Shown in pieces: positions 54,245 to 64,000 of a stretch of 64,000 bases of DNA (position 1 is the stretch's first letter; every line of letters begins with the position of its first letter). The DNA is taken from assembly GCA_964016885.1 (NCBI GenBank), contig OZ024745.1, positions 109,740,001-109,804,000 on the forward strand. Reading direction: 5' to 3'. The position numbers were made by a program, and so were the translations under genes. Under the pieces are notes generated by a model. The model was not told the DNA's origin. It worked only from the letters and a program-made list of their open reading frames with translations, and made no database searches. This DNA is from Eledone cirrhosa. Its lineage: Eukaryota.

Positions 54245-54929
54245 GACAAACTTCCTAAAGTTTCCCCTCTATCAAATTCACAAATTCCTTCACAAAGCAT
54301 TGGTCAGTTCATGGCTATTTTAGAAGACACTTCTTAAAGGTGCCATGCAGTGGGACTGAACCCCAAACCATGTGGCTCCAAAATAGAGTTCTTAATGACA
54401 TAGCCATTCTCGTGAAAAAATGAAAGGATACAATGTTTGAAGACTACTGAGTTTTGGTTCCTTCTCATTTCTCTTTATTTGCTTATGCTTTAAATCTAAG
54501 GGAAACAAGGAGCTTCTACATGATTGCTCCACCTGCCTAGAAATAGCAGCCAAATATTTCCTAAAGCACATTCTACTCTCTCCCCCCCCCCCCAAAAAAA
54601 AAGAACACATTGCCAAATATATACCTTATATACACAATACCTGAAATTAAAATGGCTTATGAGTAAAATGCCTTAAAACATATTTTTTCACCTCTAAGCC
54701 TGGGGGGAAGAGAGAGAGTGGGAGAGATATGTATATATACATATACAGTTACATAAACAGGTGTGTGACCATACTTGAATGACTATACCTAATTATCTTA
54801 TTTAACAACATAACATTATACCTCTAGAAATATATGAACTCACTATCAAAGAGTTAATACTTTGGTCCCTTATAAAATCAGTCAATGTTCCTCTCTTGTG
54901 TGCACATGTGTGTACATGTGTGTATATAT

Positions 54930-55470
54930 GTATATGTATGTCAGTCTGTGTGTGTTAGTGAAAATGTGAGTGTGTGTGTATGTAGTTATGTCAGCCTGTG
55001 TGTATTTGTGAATATGTGAGTGTGTGTGTATATGTATGTATGTCAGTCTGGGTGTTTGTGAATATGTGAGTGTGTGTATGTAGTTATGTCAGCCTCTGTA
55101 TGTTTGTGAATATGTGAGTGTGTGTGTATATGTATGTATGTCAGTCTGTGTATGTTTGTGAATATGTGAGTGTGTGTGTATATATGCCAGTCTGTGTATA
55201 TTTGTGAATATGTAAGTGTGTGTGTGTTTGTATATATGTCAGTCTGTGTGTGTTTGTGAATATGTGAGTGTGTGTGTGTATATGTATGTATGTCAGTCTG
55301 TGTGTGTTTGTGTCTGCATATATATATATATGTGTGTCTGCATATATATATATATATGTCAGTCTGTGTGTGTTTGTGAATATGTGAGTGTATGTGTATA
55401 TATATATATATATATATATGTGTCAGCTTGTGTATCTTTGTGACTACGTGAGTGTGTATGTAGTTATGTG
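54930..55470. repeat. ~45-50-bp TG-rich minisatellite
   Basis: Unit approximately TATGTCAGTCTGTGTGTGTTTGTGAATATGTGAGTGTGTGTGTATATG. Confidence 0.85.
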
Positions 55471-57373
55471 ATTTATCAAAAACAAAAAGAAATCTCATTA
55501 ACGTTTGTTTTTCTTTGAATCATTGGACAAAGATAAAGAGACAAACATATTCAAACAAACACGTATACACACACATGCACACATGTACACATGTACACAT
55601 GCACACCCATCAAGACAAAGTGCCTTGTTTCTTTGCTTAATTCTGTTGTAATTAGTTCACATTGACTAAAAACAGTGGGATCAATAAATTAATGTTATCG
55701 CTCTCATCGTCCTTAAACATCATTACTGATATCCATTTGAACACATTATTATCAATTCCATTCCACCAATGTCCATTCCTGTATAATTGTCGACCTTTTT
55801 ATGTCATTATTGAATTTTCTGCTTTTGTTTGGCAGTCTGGATCTCTGACAACCATTGCTATTGTCAATGTTTTCCTATCCTTATTGATACCATTAACACT
55901 ATTAATATTGATTGTATCTGATGAAGTCATTATTGTCTGACAATTTATAACTTGTAATCATTCACTGACAAATCTAGTCAACATTTAATCATTTGTTTAC
56001 ACCTAATTGGTGACCCCCGTACAACATGATCCTTTGCAGTGTCTCCTTTTGACCTGTCTGATAATTTCAACCTCTAACCCCTATAGCTATCTCTATCCAG
56101 ACCGGCAATAAGGGAATCCTATTGAATTAATCCACTTGCAAAGCTGATCCTTTTGATGCTCTGATGCTCTACACTGTGATAAGGCCATTTTGAAGAAATA
56201 TGTTTGGGCTTGATACAACATTATTTTGTACGTTTCAGAAAGGTTTCATTTACAGTGGCTGAGTTAAAGATTTATAATTTTTATACTTTTTGATAAACAA
56301 ATTACTTGATATGGTTTACTTTTAGTCTGAGAGGATTTGTGGCTCTTAATACCACAGCATGGTTTAATATAATTTAGTATCTTATACCATAGTGGAATAG
56401 TCATTGATATAGTTTTGGTTAGGCATAGTAATAATTCAACATCCAGTTAATATACGATGTATTACAAAATTCTCTTCAAGTATTGTAATGCATATATGTA
56501 AACCAATATTTTTATTAAAAACCGTCTAGACTTCAGGTTTGTTCTTTTCTTCATCTCTAACCCAGTTATCATCTTCCTTCTTAAGTTACTAGGTTCTCTC
56601 TTTTTCTCTCCCCATACACACAGTAAATGAGGACAGTGGGAGAGATATAGCAAAAAAGGTCTGAAGAGCCTTCTCTCTTTATAATGAGTGAGACAAATTT
56701 TGTCTAAACAGAAAGCTAAATCATAATAAACAAATATATAAAACTCACAGGCTTTGTCTGGTTGACCATTTATAAAAAATAAAAACAAAAACAAAAGAAA
56801 ATAAGCCCAGATTCTAGATGCAAACTGCTAGAGCATTAGACAATGTCTTGTGTTATCTAATTCTAGTTCTTTACATTCTTAGTTCCAGTCCTACGAAGAT
56901 CAACTTTGTCTTTCACCTTTCTGGGTTAATAAGATGGGGTACCAGTCAGTTAGCTAGGCCGATTTAATAAATTTAATCTGATGTCTTCTATGATTCTTTA
57001 AGCAAGAGAATATGGTAATATGGTTGAAAATCCTGAACAAATCTCAGTGTTGCTTGTGCCTTAACCCATTTGATACCAAACCACTTAAAACTACTCTAGA
57101 TCTTATGATAAAAAGAAAATGTTTAGTGACAGTGAACAAAAACACTAAAAAACATAAAGGCATTTCATTTTCTAATAAATATTTAATCTTTTTGATACTA
57201 ATCTGTTTGCTTCTATGATACAAAGTTTTAAAGTGCTTATATTTATCTAAAAATCTCCCATCATAATTTTATGTAGAACCTTTATGTTCTGATCTAAAAA
57301 TGAGAAAATTAGTTATATTTCTAAGCCCTCAAATTTTCTTATCTTCTTCTTTACCCACATATTCCTGAGGGGC

Positions 57374-57560
57374 TTATGGGGGCAGAGTCCTCAGATGCGC
57401 CTTCAAGAGGGTCCTATCAAAAACAGCTGTCTCCAAATGATCTGGATAGATCTCCAAGTAAAACCAATTGAGCTTATACATGTTATCCAACCATCTTGCT
57501 CATGTTCTACCTTTGGGTCTCCTGTCAGTGATTCTCCCCTTAGGAATTCTACCCATATGT
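57374..57560 (-). mobile_element. Decayed RTE (Rex3/Expander-like) LINE 3' ORF end
   Basis: Minus translation RPKGRT*ARWLDNMYKLNWFYLEIYPDHLETAVFDRTLLKAHLRTLPP resembles the RPRGRPRTRW.D...LAW..L.I....L...A.DR..W...LRLLPP end of RTE ORFs. Confidence 0.6.
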
Positions 57561-58042
57561 CTGTAGAACATTGTTGGTAGTGTTTTTCAATAGACATTTG
57601 GTAATGAAAGGGTCAAAGTCCAATGAGGGTATAAAAACCAAGTGCCACAGTATTCTGGTTAGGAGCAATGAACCCAGGTATAAATAGCTCTGCAAGACAA
57701 AATAACAAAACAATGCTACCTGAATCCTGAAATCATCAGGATATGTGGTGTGTCTGTCACTGTGCCCAATGATTCTCAAAAGAAGAAAATGAAGAATATT
57801 GATAAATACTAACTCTACATACTTATACATAGTTTTAATGTAAGAATAAAACCAAATGTTAAAATTAACCAATACGAGTGAAGGGAAACTCAATGCTAGT
57901 TAGTGAAATCAATGGATGAGCTTATATGTGGTCACCTACCACCCGGCTATAAAAAGAAGCCAACTCTCCTTCTTATGCCCCAACATGGCCTCAGCCCCTC
58001 GGCTGGAATGCGATTAAATAAATAAATAAATAAATATTGTAC

Positions 58043-58073
<31 letters not shown>

Positions 58074-58647
58074 AGGAAGGACACATTCGATAATGTAGAC
58101 CAAGATAAACTATATGTGAAAAAAAAAACTATGAGATGACCATAACTGGAATGTTAGTTGTATAAGGACTAGCCCATAGCTAGGCTATAACAACAGCAAC
58201 AACAACTAATAAATAATATGGCTACCATAGTTGTGAGATGTAACAGTTCCTTGTGTATACAAATATGAACTTAAATCTGTGTGCTATCATTAAAAAGTAG
58301 CCATGGCAGAAAAAGGAAGGCCAAGGAAGACATGGTAAAGGTTAAGATCAGATTTTAGAATGTTGTCTATCACAAGAAAGATAACAATAGTATAATTATG
58401 GCCATGTGGTTAAGACTTTTTGCCACAATCACATGATTTTAAGTTTAAACTCACTAGATGGCACCTTCAAAAAGTGTCTTTTAACCCTTTTGTTACCATA
58501 TATCTAATGAAAAATACTGCCTATGATTTTCAAATAGGTTTGAAAATAATTGAGAATTCAGAGGGGTTTAGAAATATAACTAACTCTCTCATTGTTAAGT
58601 TGGTGTTTGGAACATAAACTTTCTTACATGAAATTATCTTGTAACAT

Positions 58648-58835
58648 TGTGGATTGGCAGTATCGGTAGAGGCTCGGACGCCATGCTTTCCAGCATAGTT
58701 ACGTCCCTTTACGATCTGAGTTCAAATCCCGCCGAGGTTGACTTTGCCTTTCATCCTTACGGGGTCGATAAAATAAAGTACCAGTAATGCACTGGGTAAT
58801 TGCTGGCCTTGTGCCTAAAGTAGAAACAATTATTA
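58648..58835 (+). mobile_element. Nin/Deu-like SINE
   Basis: Near full-length match. Confidence 0.85.
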
Positions 58836-59296
58836 GATAATTATAAACATTTAAAAATAAACAGCATAGTATTGTAAACCCAGGTACAATTTCAGGTGCT
58901 TTGGTATAATGAATGAAGAATTTTGAAGGATTTACTAAATTCATTAATTTATTTATTACTAATATAGAGAGTTGACAAATTGTTCTTATACAGAAATCAT
59001 GTTGGAAGATTTTCATTTAAATAAGAACCTTTAAAAATGGGTGTTTTTCTTTTTATTGAACCAGAGTCACTTTTGAGCCATTTGGTATCAAAAGGACTAA
59101 TAGAATCCAGTCTGCTGCAAACATTCATGTTAAGCCGTCTAAGGTTAATTTCTGCCATTCCTTCCACAAGTCTCAGAGGCACTGAAAATGGATATGGCTG
59201 CTGTTATTCCTCGTCTCACTGAGTCATGTAAAACGAACATGACTGAATAGCACAACCATGCAACCTAAATACGAAAAAATATTAATGTTAAAACAT

Positions 59297-59337
<41 letters not shown>

Positions 59338-59894
59338 GTAAAATGAGGACACAAAATTTAAAAATTCTTGCAGTAAAAATAAGTGATCGTTTAAAATGAA
59401 AAATATTCTCATAACAATTTTATAGAAACAAAAATAAAAAAAAAATTTAGAATATAATCCTTTCTTTTTGTGACATGCTGCAAATTGTTATTTTCCAAAT
59501 TCCATTCAATCCTTCATACAGTCTACTGGAACAAAGTATAAATGGAAATCATTTTTTGCATTTTTTTTAAATTATCCAGTCTCTATATAGCACACAAATC
59601 AACAAGTTTGAGTAATACCTGATAGCATCTGATTTATGAAATAAAGATTCCAAGGTGTTCACTTAAAATATCTATTTGTTACCCAAAGGATCCAGTTTTA
59701 TAACTGAGAATATTTTTTATAATAATGATGAGGACGATGGTGATGATGATGATATTAATAATAAAGCTCACTTATCTATACACAATAATCTTCTGAATTA
59801 ATTCTCTTCTCAGTTTCCTTTGGTGCACTGAAGTTTTCTTTAATCTTCTCATTTGATAGTATTTTTTTTCTCTTGTGTAATAATAATAATAATA

Positions 59895-59932
<38 letters not shown>

Positions 59933-60365
59933 TATTATTGTTGTTATAATTAGTCTTTATATTTTATCATTAGTTGAAAGAAATCAATACTACGATCATT
60001 CTTAATGACTTTTTTTTTTCAAGCATTAAATCTTAGAATTAGATGGCAGAGAAGAATTAGTGATGTTTATGCTTTTTCTACTGTGGAATATTGGCAAAGT
60101 TATTAGGGTTCAGGTTCAAATCTCACAGAGATCAACTTTGTCTTGTATCCTTTCAGGGTCAATATAGTGCTAGTCCAGGGGAGCGGTGGATTGGTGAAAT
60201 TGTTAAACAGTTGAATGGAATCCTTTGTGGAATTTGATACAGCTTTGTGCATTCTGAATTCAAATCCTGCCTCCCTGTCTCACCAGGAGTTCTGACTGAT
60301 AGAATCAGCAATGGAAAGACTAGTATTGTTTCATTGGTTTGATCAAATGCTTTTTACTGTTGTGT

Positions 60366-60811
60366 TCAATACAGAGTACCCGACCTCCCATGGGTACAAG
60401 CTGAAGCATATAGACAATATGCCCCCACACCCTCCCACTGCAAAGTGGTCGTAGAGGTGCCACGGCAAAAAAGCACCCAGCCCACACTGTAAAGTGGATG
60501 TGTAGGTGCCATGGAAAAAAGCACCCAGCACTCACTGTAAAGTGGACATGTAGGCGCCATGGAAAAAGCACCCAGCCCACACTGTCAAGTGGACGTGTAG
60601 GCGCCACGGAAAAAGCACCCAGCACTCACTGTAAATGAGGTTGGTGTTAGGAATGACATCCAGCTGTAGAAATCAAGCCAAAATCAGTTCCTGTATGAGC
60701 AAGGCATGGTCAGCCGACCAGACACTGCCCACAACAGGACAACCCGTCTAACCCATGCTAGCATGGAAGAACGGACGTAAAACGGTGATGATGATGATGA
60801 TAATGATGATG
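60366..60811 (+). mobile_element. RTE-type 3' UTR/tail fragment with an internal ~43-bp tandem array
   Basis: Repeats of CACTGTAAAGTGGAC.TGTAGGCGCCA.GGAAAAAGCACCCAGC, then GGTTGGTGTTAGGAA...GGACGTAAAACGGT(GAT)n. No tRNA head. Confidence 0.75.
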
Positions 60812-60850
60812 TTCACTGGATTTACTTTAGGAGGGTGTATATTAATATTT

Positions 60851-61648
60851 ACTGGATTCACAGTATCCTTAGAGCATCAGACGTTTTGCTTTGTGGCATA
60901 GAGTTATGGCCCTTTACATTCTTAGTTCAAATCACACCGAGGTTAGCTTTGCCTTTCGTCCTTACAGGGTTGATAAAATAAGGCACCAGTAATGTAACTG
61001 AGGTCGATTTAATCGACTTTCCCCTCCTGCCAAACTTTTTGGCCTTGTGCCTAAATCAGAAACCATTATTATTATTATATATAGGGCTGTGGATTGGCAG
61101 TATCGGTAGAGGGTCGGACGCCATGCTTTGATGCATAGAGTTACGGCCCTTGCCATTCTGAGTTCAAATCACGCCAAGGTTAACTTTGCCTTTCATCCTT
61201 ACGGGGTTGATAAAATAAAGTACCAGTAATACACTGGATGATTGCTGGCCTTGTGCCAAAAGTAGAAACAATTATTATTATTATATAGGGTGGTGGTTTG
61301 GGAGTGTCGGTAGAGTGTCAGACAACAGGCTTTTGTGACATAGAGTAAGGGCTTTTTGTCTTCTGAGTTCAAATCCCGCTGATGTTAGCTTTGCCTTTCA
61401 TCCTTTCGGGGGTTGATAAAATAAAGTACCAGTAATGCTCTGGGGTTGATCTAATCGACTTCACCCTCCCGCAAATTGTAGTAGAAATCATTATTATTAT
61501 TAATATTATTATGCAGTATCGGTAGAGGGGCGGACACCATGCTTTGAAGCATAGAGTTACGGCCCTTTCCAATCTGATGAAAGGCAAAGTTAACCTCGGC
61601 AGGATTTGAACTCAGATCGTAAAGGGACGTAACTATACTGGAAAGCAA
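60851..61648 (+). mobile_element. Head-to-tail array of four Nin/Deu-like SINEs; the last is rearranged
   Basis: Copies start near 60851, 61083, 61287 and 61513, each after the (ATT)n tail of the previous one. Confidence 0.85.
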
Positions 61649-61931
61649 TAATAATGATAATAATAATAATAGTTATGATTATTGTTGTTGTTGTTATTCT
61701 TGATGTTATTTTGTCTTTGCCAATGAGGTGTATGTGCGATAATTAGAACATTAGAATTGGCAAGGATCCACCGATAGTGTGTGTGTGTGTGAGTGTGTGT
61801 GTGTGTGCTGTGGTGAGGAGGAGGAGGAGGAGGAGGAGGAAGAGGAGGAGGAAGGAATTTATATGGTGTTAAGTTGAGATGTCGTTCATATACCTGTGTG
61901 TCAGTCTTAATGAAATAAGAAGAATTCAGTA

Positions 61932-61991
<60 letters not shown>

Positions 61992-62399
61992 TAATAAATA
62001 ATAATAATTAAATACCAGGATTAACAAATAAAACAAATAAACAAGTAAATAAATATATAATGAAAACAACTACAATTTAAAAAAATAACAACAAGAAACA
62101 AAATAAAAATAAAAAAAATCAATAATATAGCCTCCATCTGCCAATATTTCAGAAATATCCGCCACCCTCTTCCTTTAATTTCTTTTGTTCTACAAGAACA
62201 AATAATTTGTTTCTAGTGATTAATTTTCCCTTTTTCCTTTCTTATCTACTATACAGCTTATTCCCATCTTTGTTCAAACCCTTTTTCCCTTAACTTTCCC
62301 CACCATCTGTATCTTTAATATATCAAGAAATTAATGAATTTCAATGTATTCTAATCAGTTTCCCCACGCAAAACTCTTTATTCCCATCACCTTTATTAC

Positions 62400-62441
<42 letters not shown>

Positions 62442-62741
62442 CATCATTATTGTTATTATTAATAATATTATTATAAATGTAAAATAAATTGTTATTACTA
62501 TTACATGTTTATATTTTATTTTTATTTTATTTTTTCATTTTTAAATTGGTTTTGTTATTGTGTAATTTTATTCAATTTTATTGTAAAGCCTCACTGTCCC
62601 ATTCTTTGTATTGTCCCCCTATATGTCGGCCCTTGTGGCCAATAAATGAAATCATTATTATTATTATTATCATTATTGATAATGATAAAATTATTATCAT
62701 TATTGATAATGATAAAATTATTATCATAAATGTAAAAAAAA

Positions 62742-62793
<52 letters not shown>

Positions 62794-63196
62794 TGTTATT
62801 CTTAAGTGGAAACTTCCTCAACCATATCACATAAAAGATAGTCTCACAACCACTACTACTGCCACCACCACCACCACCGATACACCCACCGAGGACGACC
62901 CCACAATGACAACGACTACAACAACAACAATAACAAAGAGACCCTCTTCTGTCAATGATACAAGATAGCACACCCTAGCACCCAGCATCCCAGTTGTTAT
63001 CTTGATAAGTGTTTGAAATATATTGAGAGGATAAATATCTGGGTAGGAGGAGGGGTGTGGATATAACTAGATAACATGGAGGAGGGAAGGGGACACACAT
63101 ATATAATATAGTCTTATAATATTGCTTTGTTTCATAAGTAGACATTTTCCGCAATGTTAGACATCGGTTTGTCTTGAATATATACATATGTATATA

Positions 63197-63242
<46 letters not shown>

Positions 63243-63591
63243 GGAGGCACATGGCTTAGTGGTTAGAGCATTGGCCTTGCAATCGAAAGGTTGTGAGTTC
63301 AATTCTCAGACCGGGTGATGTGTTGTTTCCTTGAGCAAGGCACTTTATTTCACATTGCTCCAGTTTACTCAGCTGTAGAAATGAGATGATAGGGACTGGG
63401 GTCACTATCATTCCACTGCAAAGTGGTCGTGGAGGTGCCACGGCAAAAAAAAGCACCCAGCACTCACTGTAAATGAGGTTGGTGTTAGGAAGGGCATCCA
63501 GCTGTAGAAATCAAGCCAGAATCAGTTCCCGTCCCACCCTTGCAAGCAGGGAAAAGTGGACGTAAAATGAAATGATGATGAAATGATGATG

Positions 63592-63592
<1 letters not shown>
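63243..63592 (+). mobile_element. CORE-like SINE with RTE tail
   Basis: Full head, body and tail; (TA)n on both sides. Confidence 0.85.
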
Positions 63593-63622
<30 letters not shown>

Positions 63623-63701
63623 TACATGTAGATATATATATATATATACATACAAATATATTTGTTTACATATATATATAAGTATGTATGTATACACACA
63701 C

Positions 63702-63771
<70 letters not shown>

Positions 63772-64000
63772 TATTGCTATGTTTTTCCTTTTTTTCTTCT
63801 GTTTATTTTCTTTTTCTTCGCTATCATCTCCTTTTTCTCTTTTCCTTCCCTAATAACTTCCTGTAGTTATTAACACACTCTGGATAGATGTATTGTCTTT
63901 AATGTGTTGAAACATCCAATACCCACAGCAAACAACTGAAGAGGGGAATTGTCTTATGGTTGTGTTTTCTTTACATTTCTGAATACTATATATATATAAT

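Noticed and set aside
63243-63315. tRNA gene
   Set aside because: A and B boxes are present, but the sequence runs into the SINE body without a proper acceptor stem or T-run terminator. The same applies to the other SINE heads.
63256-63456. Recurring peptide PVPIISFLQLSKLEQCEIKCLAQGNNTSPG
   Set aside because: Antisense translation of the CORE-like SINE.

Overview
AT-rich, repeat-saturated animal genomic DNA with no confidently recognisable host gene, so probably intergenic or inside a large intron. The SINE repertoire and microsatellite density suggest an octopod cephalopod (inference, not proven). Almost every ORF in the supplied track is a translation of microsatellite or SINE sequence. 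Supported content: (i) two tRNA-headed SINE families, one with a Nin/Deu-like body and one CORE-like that often carries an RTE-derived (GAT)n tail; (ii) 5'-truncated RTE and CR1/Jockey-group LINE remnants, including the likely RTE partner of the SINEs at 46296-46953; (iii) piggyBac-like, hAT-like and Tc1/mariner-like MITEs; (iv) micro- and minisatellites and local duplications. The most interesting signal is a set of sequence-unrelated small elements beside (TA)n/(CA)n tracts that carry type I hammerhead ribozyme motifs, intact or decayed (40350, 52082, 54074, 43858, 12565, 8064). Several share one layout: inverted copy of the post-ribozyme segment, ribozyme, post-ribozyme segment, 3' extension. 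One family (11360 and 49846) is folded back at hammerhead stem II. These look like Penelope-like/retrozyme pseudo-LTR relics. Everything was read by eye; no searches or folding were run.
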